The notes: generated by a model from the letters alone, not told the origin. A DNA stretch of 64,000 bases from Octopus vulgaris (GCA_951406725.2 CATOCA020000001.1:2170001-2234000); one strand, 5' to 3'. Counted from the first letter of the stretch, positions 25,868-39,978 are shown. A program made the numbers and translations.

Positions 25868-28560
25868 CTATTTGAATCTAGAAAAGGTGAACGGTAGTCT
25901 ATGAATGCAAAAAAAGTTTTTTTCATTTATGTTGTTAATAATATGCCTGCCCGCTTTAATAATGAAAAAAATTTCATTAATACATAGAGAGCATTTTTTA
26001 TTTTTTCCATTATACACAGGTGCCGAAGTTAATATTTTCCAATTTAATCTAAAATCTAAGTTCTTACTTTTTAGTTCCCAAATGTATGCACTTAACCCCG
26101 TGGAGTACATCCTATTTATATTTCTAAAAGTATATATGTGATAATTAAGTCTCTGTTTCATACTATTCATGGTTGCTCCGATGTACACCCTACTACTAAA
26201 TTGTGTAACCACAGTGCATTGGTAAACTACCTCCTTCCTGAGGCATTGATTATCAAACACACATTTATTTCTACTTCTGCAATTGCAGTTATTGACAGAT
26301 TGGGGTAATCTAAGATTGGTCCCCAATCCTGTACCACCATTCACATTAGAAGGATTACAATTGTTAAGAGGGTTGTTCCCGTTGGTTCCAGAAGAGTTAC
26401 TCTTCCTATTATTAAAGGGGGGCAAATTTCTATTATCTAAATTCAACTTTCTATCTTTATAGAAGTAATCCAGTTTCCTGTTATTAAAAGAGGAGATAAT
26501 GGTGGCTATATTATGAGTAATGCTATATCCTACTCTAACAGTACCATTATTAATTAAATGACTAAATTTATTCATATCCTTACCAAAATGCCTAAATATT
26601 ACATTATGCAAAGCTCTAACTATGTCCGTTTTGATCTGCATTGCATATGGGATAATCAGCCAGAGTGTATCCTTATCCGAATTAGGATTGCCTATCGAGT
26701 TATTGTTTTTTGTAAAAATCCTATTCCTAGACCAACCCATATGTTTACTATTCTTACCAATGTCATTGTTATATCTATCCATATCAATATTCCTAAGATT
26801 GTTATCATATCTACCATAAGTTTTTATATGTATATTATTAATATTGCTAGTATTACCCGTTTGCTCAGATCTATTTAAGCTACCGTTCACCGTTCTGAGG
26901 TTAACATCACCACTATAACTACCATGGGCGTTATCATATGTTCTATTTTTTCTATTCTTATATTTAATATTGTTTATCCTAAATCTATTAGCGTTGTTCC
27001 TAATAGTTCCACCTCCATTTGGAGGGTTTCCCTTAGGTATAAACCATATTTTGCTTTTGTATCCTGCTTTTAGCAATGCTACATTGTATCTATCACAATG
27101 CTTGTTAAAAATTTCCTCGTTAGAGGATAAACAAGAAATCCTCTGACTAATGCTACGTACTAGTGCATTTTTAATTTGAGGGGGGTGATTGCTTAAACGG
27201 TTTATATATATTAAATTAGAGTTGGGTTTTATATAAGGTTCATGTAAACCATTTGTAATGTTACAATTAGCATCTAAATAATTAGCAGAATAGTTTTCAC
27301 TTTCAAAGATAATAGATAGGCCGAAACTTTTAAAAAATTTATTAATTCTTTTTTTCAGAAGATCTAATCTCCTATTAGTTGTATTCTTAACACAAAATAA
27401 TGCGTCATCCCTGTATAATCCACCTTTTAATTCAGGGAATTCCCTACTAAAGTTATCTAATAGATACATCCCTACTAGATCCGTCACCTCCGCCGAGTCC
27501 GGCGATCCCATAGTGATGTCGAACAAGTTGGGTGTGTCCTTCCTAGCCCAAAGTTTATTATCAAACTCTATTAAAGTTTTCCTGGCAGTTAATATAACCT
27601 TAATCTCCCCCCTACTTAATTTAGTGTGTTTTCTAGCAAAAATTAACGCCTTATTTAAGATAATAGGGTTAATGGAAGTGTAATAATTCTGTATATCAAA
27701 TTGGATGAATTTACTTCTATTATAACTGTTGTTGTTGTTGTCACAGACCTTAATGGTTGAAAACCAATCCAAAGCACCCTGAGTATTCTTCCAAAGGTTT
27801 AGTTTAATTTTACTGCGAATAGTGGGTAGATATTTGTCTAGAATGAGTTTGCTTAGTCTTCCTAAGTCAGACTTGGTGGGGCAAATTAATCTGACCTGTG
27901 TGTTTCCAAGAAAGTTCTCTTTATGGTCCTTTAGTGTGATTCTCGGTCTGGATGGGGTGTACGGTTCCGTTTTTTCTTCTAGGTGGTAGTCCAATATTAT
28001 TTCCCTGATCTCAAGGTTCAATTTTCTAAGTGTACCAAGAGGTACAACTTTGTATTTCTTAGTTATTTCTTTATGTAGTAGATCGTGATATTTAGGAATG
28101 TCAATATTATAGATGTTGTTGGTTTTGTCAGAGTGTGTTAGAATGCCTTTCTTACTCTTGAGAGTTCTTATTAAATCTTTTAATTCCCTTTGGTGCGGGT
28201 TATATCTCAAAGGATGGTTTCTAAATTTTATGTTTTTTATAGTCTCCCAAAGTTCTTGTTCAAAATTATCTAGATGTGTATTTGGTGGAGGAGACTTCCT
28301 AGATTTAAATGTAGTGCCTGTTAATTTTATTATTTCTTCATAGGTACTTCCAGTTCTATTCCGGATCGTTTCCCCATTATGTTGTTGGTTTGTTTTTTGT
28401 TATAGTTCTCATGGTGGAAAATCCTCCATCTAATCCTGTGGATAAATTCATTAATTCTATAAATTAGCTCTTTAGTGTAATGGTCTTTGGTAGGGATAGG
28501 TACATCTTTCATTGATGAATTGATTAATATTTTCTCCATTTTACTAGCAGTAATGATCAA
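25868..28560 (-). CDS. PLE polyprotein: N-terminal region + reverse transcriptase + thumb + Asn-rich linker + GIY-YIG endonuclease; one frameshift near 28345
   Basis: N-terminus SMKDVPIP..Y...LIYRINEFIHRIRW (28330-28560) continues in a shifted frame as FKSRKSPPP...LDNFEQEL into ORF 25868-28210. Motifs: SDKTNN, RLICPTKS, FIQFDIQNYYTSI, DITMGSPDSAEVTDLVG, GLYRDDAL, YLD, SNHPP. Nuclease: CNCRSRNKC..CL..VVY....YIGAT..KQRL..H..F...LS.YIWELK...WKIL...CSLCINE...CIH. Confidence 0.93.
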
Positions 28561-29612
28561 GGAGGAATAAATGTACTATACTAGGGTGTATTCACATACA
28601 CTATTAATACTTAGATCAATAAATGGATGTTTCAATTACACCAGTATGAGCAATTCAGGTTCCTCAAAAGATAAATTAAGGTTATAAAATGAGATGAGGG
28701 TTGAAAATTCAACCCACCATGGCACCTAATGAAATAGCATCCGATATAGTGATATATTGATATATAAATATATACATCTTTGAAACAAATATTTTTTATG
28801 AAATTAAGTGAGCGGATCTCTCTTGTTTTTTGTAGCATAGTTATAATTTTGAAAGACTAGATGGCAGTTTAGTTGCTCCCTTATTTATTTATTTATCTAT
28901 GTGCTAGGGGTTGATTGTAGATATGTTTGTATACAAGTGTATGTGTGTGTGTACATGTAATTATGTATGTATGTGCGTTTGATCTATGGATGTGCGTGTG
29001 CGTATATGCGTTTCTTGACTAACCAACCGTAAAATTTCTTTCGTGATTCAAATTTCAAACTACAAGCCAATCGAATTAATCGAGAATAATCAATTCCAAG
29101 CGACAGACTAACTTAACTCATAGTTATATCAATTTTGAAAGGATGGACTTGTTACAAACTTAACTGTATCTATTATTATTATTTTTATTATTATTATTAT
29201 TATTATTAATATTAATAGTAATTATTATTGACTTTTATAGATTTATAATTTTATGAACTGAACTATGGTTTTCTATTATTATTATTATTTTTCAGGTATA
29301 GATAGAATATTAATTTAAATAGTAGTGAGCATATATCTCCCTATGTGTTAATTTTTAGAACTATTAGCCAAATATGTAAAATAACTGTGCTTATTAATAT
29401 TAATATATACACTGATATATATTTTATATTTTGTTTTTTATATATTTTGTTTTATTTTGTTTTGTTTACCTTGCATTTACTCGTGTATCAATGAGTATTG
29501 TATATGTGTAGCAGAATGGAGTTTATGCATAAGTTTTTATATTTTACATTTTTATATTTTTATATTTATATGTATATGGAAAAATAATTTTTTCATAATT
29601 TTTTCACAATTA

Positions 29613-29740
29613 TAACATTAAATTCTCTGAAGAGGCCGTGGGGCATCCTTGTTAATGCCTCATTTATACCTGCCTTAATGGCTTATAGGTTAAATGAGGT
29701 ATAACTGCCCTTACTGCCGAAACAGCTGTCAGATATGTTA
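29613..29740 (+). ncRNA. Type I hammerhead ribozyme in the inverted PLE terminal repeat
   Basis: CTGAAGA 29627-29633, GAAA 29719-29722, CAGCTG, predicted cleavage after C29730. Helix I TCT/AGA plus TAACAT/ATGTTA. Helix II GGC-CGTGGGGCA...CCTCATTTA...TAAATGAGG...TGCCCTTAC-TGCC. Confidence 0.88.
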
Positions 29741-30092
29741 CAATTACATATTATATTTTATATTTTATATTTCCAGTTCCTTGTCTATTTATATTTACTA
29801 TATATGTTATATAATGCCTTTACTGATATGTAATGGTGTAATAAAGTATTGATTGGGTATCATCTTATGGTTGATGTTTTATTGATTTAAGTATGTTTCT
29901 CCATATTCTAATTTTGTAGCATTAATTTACGGTAATATTATTACCTTTGCCCAAATAATACAATAGATGAACTAATTGCTTGGTAATTTTTAACATCTAT
30001 GTATTAGTCTTGTTGGGTACCTATCTAGCAGTATATTGGATATATGTTATCCCATGGTGGGTTGAATTTTCAACCCTCATCTCATTTTATAA

Positions 30093-30151
<59 letters not shown>

Positions 30152-30217
30152 AACATAATAAACATAAAGAAGTTATTATGCACGTACGCTGCGAAATATA
30201 TATTTTCTAATTTTGTA

Positions 30218-30260
<43 letters not shown>

Positions 30261-30265
<5 letters not shown>

Positions 30266-30672
30266 TTTATAGAAGGAGCTTCTACAGGACTAGAACTGTT
30301 TCATTCAAAAGAAATCACCAGGAAGCTAGGTGACAAGAATAATTTTGGCATTTATACACTTAGGCAGGTTTAAGGGGTGGTGGTGGGGGACTTTTTGGGG
30401 TAGGCATGGCGCAAACTATCATTCTTAGGGGAGTGGTCAAAGGAATCAGTGATAAAGTAGATAAAAGAATAAATAGAATAATAGAGTTTACATACACATA
30501 CCCACAAACATCCGTATACACATGTACATATGCACCCATTTACATACATCTACGTACTCACCCATACCCATACTCATACATACACACAAATATGTACACA
30601 CATATATATGTGTAAAATAAATAAATAAATATAATAGAGGATATACACCCCCATACACACACGCTCACATAT

Positions 30673-30758
<86 letters not shown>

Positions 30759-30769
30759 TCATACACACT

Positions 30770-30809
<40 letters not shown>

Positions 30810-31517
30810 TATATATACATACACATATATATATTGTGTTTATTTGACCTCGACCAACGAAGCCGACACAGAGGTAGGTTTCTCCCAAGGGAGCTTGGCT
30901 AGCTGGCTTAAAAAACCATTTATTGCCCCTCTACCTTCCTTTCTATCTTTCTACCCACTGATACGAACACAAACACTTACACACGCACACACACTCACAC
31001 GCACACTCATACACATACGCAGACGCACGTGTTATATTCATACATACATAAGTGTACCGAATTTCACTCATACACATACAACGCACGTGTACATACATAA
31101 GTGTACCGAATTTCACATAAACGTACATAGCTATGTACACACAAAACCACATATATAGATGTACTTCAGTACACATAAACACACAAGAACATCTGCCCAC
31201 ATATATAGACTCATATGCCTATATACAGACATTTGTGCATATAAACATACATACGCATATATACACATCCATACGCCTTTAAGTACATATTAGCACACAT
31301 GCACACATACACGTGTACATAAAAGCATACCTACATATATCTACCTACACTCATACATATACATACATGCACGTATATACGCATACGTACACGTACCTAC
31401 AGATTCATATCTACACGCATACACATACATACATCTGCACACACACAGAAGACTAGTCCACATATATACACAAGTATATATATATACACATGTATATACA
31501 TATACATATATATACAT

Positions 31518-31548
<31 letters not shown>

Positions 31549-31870
31549 CATATATACACATACACGCACGTATATACCTACATATACATACACATATATA
31601 CCTACACCAGTCATATACATACCTACATACACATACATCCATATATCTATACATATACATACACATATATATACACATGCACATACCAATACACATACGC
31701 ATATCTACGCACATACACGCACTCACATCTATCTACATATATAAAAAAAAGAAACCCAACAAATCCATACTTATACACTCATACACATACATACATACAT
31801 ATACACATATATACCCATACATATATACACATATATACACACACACATATATACACGCATGTATATATAC

Positions 31871-31913
<43 letters not shown>

Positions 31914-31966
31914 CATATACATACACACACATCTACATACACATACATATACACACATATACATAT

Positions 31967-32006
<40 letters not shown>

Positions 32007-32095
32007 AAATATATATATACACACATACATACGCACACAAATATATACCCATACATATATACACATATATACACACACAGATATATACACGCATG

Positions 32096-32127
<32 letters not shown>

Positions 32128-32580
32128 TATACATACATACACATACATATACATACACACACATCTACATACACATACACATACTTCCGTACGCGCACCC
32201 ATATACATACATACATCCACACAGAGGTATACAGGCATATACACACATATATATACATGTGGGTATGTGTATGTAAACTCTATTATTCTATTTATTCTTT
32301 TATCTACTTTATCACTGATTCCTTTGACCACTCCCCTAAGAATGATAGTTTGCGCCATGCCTACCCCAAAAAGTCCCCCACCACCACCCCTTAAGCCTGC
32401 CTAAGTGTATAAATGCCAAAACTATTCTTGTCACCTAGCTTCCTGATGATTTCTTTTGAATGAAACAGTTCTAGTCCTGTAGAAGCTCCTTCTATAAGAT
32501 AAATTAATTTACTCTGCTATGTATTGAGTACCTTATTTACTGTGGTTAACCCCGACTCAACCCGGGACCTACACTACATA
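30261..32580. mobile_element. Mirror copy of the hammerhead-bearing foldback element
   Basis: 30261-30506 is inverted relative to ~32258-32503, with extension to ...CCCCGACTCAACCCGGGACCTACACTAC then (TA)n. Confidence 0.8.
32437..32487 (+). ncRNA. Type I hammerhead ribozyme, intact CUGAUGA core (mirror of 20777-20827)
   Basis: AGCTTC CTGATGA TTTCTTTTGAAT GAAA CAG TTCTAGTC CTG TA GAAGCT. Confidence 0.75.
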
Positions 32581-32606
32581 TATATATATATATTTATATA
32601 TATATA

Positions 32607-33847
32607 TGATTGATTGATTGATTGATTCTAGTTTCAGCTTATGAGCTGTGGCCATGCTGGGGCACTGCCATTTGGTGTTGCTACTTGGTTTTACTTCACG
32701 AAAGCTTTTTAGCAACTGCCATTTGGTGCATGACAGAGTTCGATGCAGCTGCCCTCATCTGCACCTCCTGCCGTGAAGTTGGTTCATCTGGGAGACCTGA
32801 CAAGAAGAGATCCAGTTTCATTTTAAAGACATCTGCATCCACCCCATGCAGGTCTCTCAGGTTCTTCGGGAGGATATTGAAGAGCTGTGGGCCTCGGAAA
32901 CCCAGGCTATCGCAGAATCTTGTCCTACATCTTGATGGCAAGTTTGGAGTCCTAGGCACCACGCAGTGGCGCCCAGTTCTGGCATTTGCGTAACTCTCGA
33001 TGCCAAAGTTTAGGACACGTCCCTCCAGGATCTTCCAGATGTATATTATGGCATATCTTTCCCGCCTACGCTCCAGGGAATATAGTTTTAATCTCTTGAG
33101 TCTTTCCCAGTAGCTTACATTCTGCATAGAGGCTATCTTCTTCGTGTAGCTACGTTGGATCGCCTCGAGCTCTGTGATCAACTTGACACTGGATGGTGAC
33201 CATAACTGAGAGCAGTAGTCAAAGTGGCTTAGGACAAGTGTCCTCCAGAGGACCATCATGGTTTCTTGTTCTCTTGTTCTAAAGGTTCTGAGGATCCATC
33301 CGGCCAGTCGTCTACATTTCATTGCCAATTTAGCAACATGTACACGAAAGGTCGCGTCATCACTCATGTAAATACCTAGGTCACGCACTGATTGTGCCTC
33401 TGGGATTGCTATTCCTCCGGGTCCAGTGTATTCATTGGGTATTGCATTTAGTTTTGCATGCTGATAGTATAAAGCTTGAAACTTTTCAGCATTGAACTGC
33501 ATGCTATTCTTTTCAGCCCACTTGTATATTTTGTCCAGCTCACATTGCAGGTGTTTAGTGTCCTCAGGGTTCTGTATTGCCTGTGAAACTTTTGTATCAT
33601 CTGCATGACTTGTGATCGTGGCTCTCTGCGTGGCTGAGGGCATGTCTGAGAGGGCCATTATGAACAGTAGTGGTCCCAGAACAGTGCCCTGCGGAACACC
33701 GCTCACTATTTGCGTGTTAATGGAAGTGGCCCTACCACCATTGGCTACTACCACCTGACTTCTATCTTTCAGAAAGTCATGAAGCCATTCTCCCAGTTTT
33801 CCAACTATGTTGAGATCACGCAGTTTGTGACATATCATTCCATGATC

Positions 33848-33853
<6 letters not shown>
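32607..33853 (-). mobile_element. Mirror copy of the 5'-truncated LINE family B
   Basis: ORF 32696-33838 differs from 19473-20615 by about 7 residues in 380 and has the same truncation point. Confidence 0.93.
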
Positions 33854-33937
<84 letters not shown>

Positions 33938-34945
33938 ATATGTATGTATGTATATATGTATGTATGTATATATGTATGTATGTATATATGTATGTATATA
34001 TATATATGTATGTATATATGTATATATGTATATATGTATGTATGTATATATGTATATATGTATATATGTATGTATGTATATATGTATATATGTTTGATTG
34101 ATTGATTGATTCTAGTTTCAGCTTATGAGCTGTGGCCATGCTGGGGCACCGCCATTTGGTGTTGCTACTTGGTTTTACTTCACGAAAGCTTTTTAGCAAC
34201 TGCCATTTGGTGCATGAGAGAGTTCGATGCAGCTGCCCTCATCTGTACCTCCTGCCGTGAAGTTGGTTCATCTGGGACACCTGACAGGAAGAGATCCATG
34301 TATGTATGTTTGTATATATATAAGTATGTATATATATATGTATGTATATGTATGTATATGTATGTATATATATATATATGTATATGTATGTATATATATA
34401 TATATATGTATGTATGTATATATGTATGTATGTTTGTATATATATATGTATGTATGTTTGTATATATATGTATGTATGCATATATGTATGTATGTATGTA
34501 TATATATATATGTGTATGTGTGTATGTATATATATGTATATGTGTGTGTGTATATATATATATATATATGTATGTATATATATATATGCGTGTGTATGTA
34601 TATATATATATATATGTGTGTATATATATGTATGTATGTATATATATATGTGTGTGTATGTGTGTATATATATATGTGTGTGTATGTATATATATATGTA
34701 TGTATGTATATATATATATATATGTGTATATATATGTGTGTGTGTATGTGTATATATATATATATATGTGTGTATATATATATATATATAAGTATGTATA
34801 TATATATGCATGTATATATATAGTATATATATATATGTATGTATATATATATGTATGTATATATGTATGTATATATATATATGTATGTATATATATATAT
34901 GTATATATATATCTATTTATATATATGTATGTATATATATATATG

Positions 34946-34990
<45 letters not shown>

Positions 34991-35368
34991 GTATATATAT
35001 ATGTGTATGTGTGTATGTGTATATATGTATATGTGTGTATATATATGTATATGTATGTAAATATATATATGTGTGTGTGTGTGTGTATGTATATATATAT
35101 ATGCGTGTGTTTGTATATATATATATGTGTGTGTGTATATATATGTATGTATGTATGTATATATATATATATGTGTGTATGTGTCTATATATATATGTGT
35201 GTGTATGTATATATATATGTATGTATATATATATGTGTGTATATATATATGTGTGTGTATGTGTATATATATATGTGTGTATGTATATATATATATATAT
35301 ATATAAGTATGTACATATATATGCATGTATATATATAATATGTATATATATATATATATATATGTATG

Positions 35369-35399
<31 letters not shown>

Positions 35400-35441
35400 A
35401 TATATATATATGTATATATATATGTTGTATATATATATATG

Positions 35442-35590
<149 letters not shown>

Positions 35591-35591
35591 A

Positions 35592-38500
35592 TACCACCGG
35601 CAACAGTATACACATCACCTCGATGCTCCTACTGAACATCAGAGGACTGCTAACACTCAGTAACAGGACAAAAATCCCGTTCTTGAGTGACTTTGTTGCA
35701 TGCAATCAAGCCTTATGCATAGCACTTACGGAAACGCACCTGAAACCGGACATAGCAGATGCGGAAATACACATACCACAGTATGTTTTTCTACGGACCG
35801 ACAGAAAAGAAAGGAGTCATGGGGGAGTTGCTATGTACATCCGTGAGGACCTCACACCCCAGGTCCTTTTGTCATACTCAAATTCGGTGTGTGACACACT
35901 AATTGTACATATAATGCAACTTGGTGTTGTTATATTTGCTACATATCGCCCTCCAGATGCCCCAAGCCATGTAGGCAAGTTTGAAGACTGACTTTTAAAA
36001 ATAGAAGTTCTAGTCACATTAGAACAACACATAAATGTACTTCTTATGGAAGACTTCAATCTACCCAATGTCAGATGGCCCGAGGGCCTTTCTCTCCCAG
36101 GAATGACTCGATGCGATCGAGGACAGGTGAGGTCCCTCCTGAACCTCATCAACACTCTGTACATGGAGCAAGTAATACTCCAACCAACCAGGGCAGGTAA
36201 CATACTGGATCTCTGCTTCACAAATAATATGGATCTCATCCATAATGTGAAAGTGACACCGACACTACTCTCGGACCACAACATGGTAGAGCTGACCATG
36301 TACGGACCAAAGGAAAGCATGGACATGCAGCCTACAAGAAACTCTCAGAATCTTTTCAGCTTGAACTTCCATAAGGCAAACTGGAAAAAAATTGAGAAAG
36401 GGATCCTCAAACAAAACTGACCTGAATATCTTTCCTTGCCAGTCATCGACATGAAACTTCAACAATTCATGTCTGTAATGCAAGCCATGTGCTACAAATG
36501 TGTCCCAGAGAGAAAGGCCACTGTACACAAGAACAAAATCCCCAGAGAGAGGAATATTCTAAAAAGACGGCGTACAAAAGTTTCAAATCGCCTAAACAAA
36601 CAAATTGAAAGCAGTGAAAAGTCCCGCCTGAAAATAAAACTATTGGAAATCGAAAAATGTCTGCAACTCTCCCATGAAAAAGAAAGAGCAGACAAAGATG
36701 CCTGGGCTATAGACAACATAAAATCTAACCCCAGAGCTTTCTACAGGTATGCCAAAGAAACAGCTACGGTGCACTGTAGGATAGGGCCACTCCTTGAAAA
36801 GGATGGCACACTTACAGGAAATCCAATGAGGATAAGTGAAATACTAAATGAGCAATTCAAGAGTATTTTCACTCCACCCCTAGGGCATTTTCAAGTCAGC
36901 AATCCAACTGACTTCTTTACCACTGCAGATATAAAATCAGAGGCAACGATGATTGATTACATCAATATAAAGGAAGACGATGTAATAAAGGCTATAGATG
37001 AAATGAAAACAAACTCAGCTACTGGCCCCGATGGATTCCCAGCAATCCTTCTAAAAGTATGTAAGAGAGTCCTAGCAAGACCACTGCAGTTCCTCTTTCA
37101 GAGCTTCCTTGCAGCTGGCAAACTTCCAAGAAAACTGAAGGAAGGTAAAATATGCCCTATTCATAAAGGAGGTAGCAGAGCGGAGGCCAAGAACTACAGA
37201 CCTATCTCTCTGACCTCACACATCAGCAAGGTCATGGAACGAATAGTCAGAAAGAAACTAATCACCTTCCTTGAAGAAAATGACTTGCTGCCTGACACCC
37301 AACATGGTTTCCGACCAGGAAGAAGCTGCTTAACTCAGCTCCTACAACACTATGACTGGGTGCTGAAACGACTACTCAAATATGGAAGTCATATATCTCG
37401 ACTTTGCAAAGGCCTTTGATAAAGTCGATCATGGAATGATATGTCACAAATTGCGTGATCTTGGCATAGTTAGAATATTGGGAGAATGGCTTCATGACTT
37501 TCTGAAGGATAGAAGTCAGGTGGTAGTAGCCACTTCCATGTATATACGCAAATAGTGAGCGGTGTTCCACAAGGCACTATTTTGGGACCACTACTGTTCA
37601 TAATGGCCCTCTCAGACATGCCCTCAGCCACGCAGAGAGCCACGATCACAAGTTATGCAGATGATACAAAAGTTTCACAGGCAATACAGAACCCTGAAGA
37701 CACTAAACACCTGCAATGTGAGCTGGACAAAATATACAAGTGGGCTGAAAAGAATAGCATGCAGTTCAATGCTGAAAAGTTTCAAGCTTTATGCTATCAG
37801 CATGCAAAACTAAATGCAATACCCAATAAATACACTGGACCTGGAGGGATTGCAATCCCAGAGGCACAATCAGTGCGAGACCTGGGTATTTACATGAGTG
37901 ATGATGCAACCTTTCCTGTGCATGTTGCTAAATTGGCAATGAAATGTAGGCAGCTGACCGGATGGATTCTTAGAACCTTTAGAACAAGAGACCAGGAAAC
38001 CATGATGGTCCTCTGTAGGATACTTGTCCTAAGCCACTTTGATTATTGCTCTCAGCTATGGTTACCATCCAGTGTCAAGTTAATCACAGAACCTGAGGCT
38101 ATCCAACGAAGCTACACAAAGAAGATAGCCTCTGTGCAGCATATGAGCTACTGGGAAAGACTCAAGAGATTAAGACTCTATTCCTTAGAGCGTAGGCGAG
38201 AAAGATATGCCATAATATACATCTGGGAGATCCTAGAAGGACTTGTCCCAAACTTTGGCATCGAGAGTTACACAAATGCCAGAACTGGGTGCCATTGCAT
38301 AATGCCAAGGACACCAAATTTGCCATCAAGATGTAGGACAAGGTACTGTGATAGCCTGGGCTTCCGAGGCCCACAGCTCTTCAATATCCTCCTGAAGAAC
38401 CTGAGAGACCTGCATGGGGTTGATGCAGATGTCTTTAAAATAAAACTGGATCTCTTCTTGTCAGGTGTCCCAGATGAACCAACTTCACGGCAGGAGGTGC

Positions 38501-38657
38501 AGATGAGGGCAGCTGTATCAAACTCTCTCATGCACCAAATGTCAACTGCTAAAAAGCATTCGTGAAGTAAAATCAAGTAGCAACACCGAATGGCGGTGCC
38601 CCAGCATGGCCACAGCTCGTGAGCTGAAACTAGATAAAAATAAAAAACAAAATAAAA
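35592..38657 (+). mobile_element. CR1-clade LINE family B, mirror copy
   Basis: ORFs ending at 35991, 36046-36420, 36436-37419 and 37555-38565. Same stops (GKFED*, ILKQN*) and the same frameshifting deletion (LLKYGSHISR) as the left copy. Confidence 0.95.
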
Positions 38658-38680
38658 TATATATATATATATATATATAT

Positions 38681-39368
38681 ATTGAGGGTAAAATTGAGAA
38701 TTAATTATTAATCAATTTCACCAAGTATTCAGTATGTAAAGGGACCATTTTAGCTGCTATTTCTAATGAGTTCAGTATGTGGCAAAGTAATTTATTTTAC
38801 TAAGCCCTTTTATATAAAATGTAATAATTTGAATTCGCCTTAAATGGTCCCTTTACATACTGAATACTTGGTGAAATTGATTAATAATTAATTAATTTTA
38901 CCCTCAATTGTTGAAATTATAATTCATCTCTCTCTATTTAATGCTTCGGATTTTACCGAAAAAGCATAGTGTTTACTGATTTTAACCCACGCTGGTGGAA
39001 AGGGGAATGCAGAAATTCTTCGCTTGCATATCTTGGGTTTGCTGGCACTGTTAGTTTCGAGCAGATCTTCAGAAGCGATAAGAAGCCGAAAGGGTATGCT
39101 CCCACTTTCATTGTTTTCAAATCCAAACCAAGGAGTTCTGAGCTGATGATAGAAATGTCGAGTTGACTAATCTTGAAACGTACGTTCTCAAATAACCTTT
39201 GCATTTGATTTTTTAATGTCTTTACCCCCATACTTTCGTGAGTTGAATTGAACAAACACTATATGAGAGAGATTTTCTTTAAGTATTGGAAATAGTTTTA
39301 AAAAAGTTTTTTTAGCTGCTATTTCTAATGAGTTCAGTATGTGGCAAAGTAATTTATTTTACTAAGCC

Positions 39369-39377
<9 letters not shown>
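38681..39377. mobile_element. ~690-bp insertion present only in the right arm, with terminal direct repeats and a 5' inverted segment
   Basis: Absent at the matching left-arm position (~14410-14428). TTTAGCTGCTATTTCTAATGAG...AAGCCCTTTTATATA occurs at ~38750-38816 and ~39311-39377. 38681-38750 is inverted relative to 38842-38908. Flanked by TA runs. Confidence 0.8.
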
Positions 39378-39431
<54 letters not shown>

Positions 39432-39538
39432 ATATGTATATATATATATATATGTATGTATATATGTGTATATATATATATATATGTAAATATGTATGTA
39501 TATAAGTGTATATATATATGTGTATATATATATATATG

Positions 39539-39597
<59 letters not shown>

Positions 39598-39762
39598 GTA
39601 TATATATATGTATGTATATGTATATATATATGTATGTATATGTATATATATATGTATGTATATGTATATATATATGTATGTATATATATATATATATATG
39701 TATGTATATATATATATGTATGTATATATATATATATGTATGTATGTATATATATATGTATG

Positions 39763-39793
<31 letters not shown>

Positions 39794-39912
39794 GTATGTA
39801 TGTATATATATATGTATGTATATATAAATATATATATGTATGTATATATATGTGTATGTACATATATTTATTTATGTGTATATGTATATATATATATATG
39901 TATGTGTGTGTG

Positions 39913-39978
<66 letters not shown>

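Larger units (their letters stand above)
23227..30095 (-). mobile_element. Penelope-like retroelement (probably Hydra clade) with ~1.36-kb inverted terminal segments, embedded in (TA)n
   Basis: RT + GIY-YIG ORF on the minus strand. 23227-24586 is the reverse complement of 28722-30095. The 44-nt terminus 23227-23270 is repeated directly at 28679-28722, just upstream of the ORF. Both ends abut TA runs, and each terminal segment has a hammerhead. Confidence 0.93.

Noticed and set aside
25905-28343. Plus-strand ORFs overlapping the PLE ORF, and similar antisense ORFs over the LINEs
   Set aside because: They are antisense shadows of the real coding frames.
38953-39255. 100-aa ORF inside the right-arm insertion
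   Set aside because: No recognisable domain and a non-ATG start; it may be a retroelement fragment but this cannot be supported by eye.
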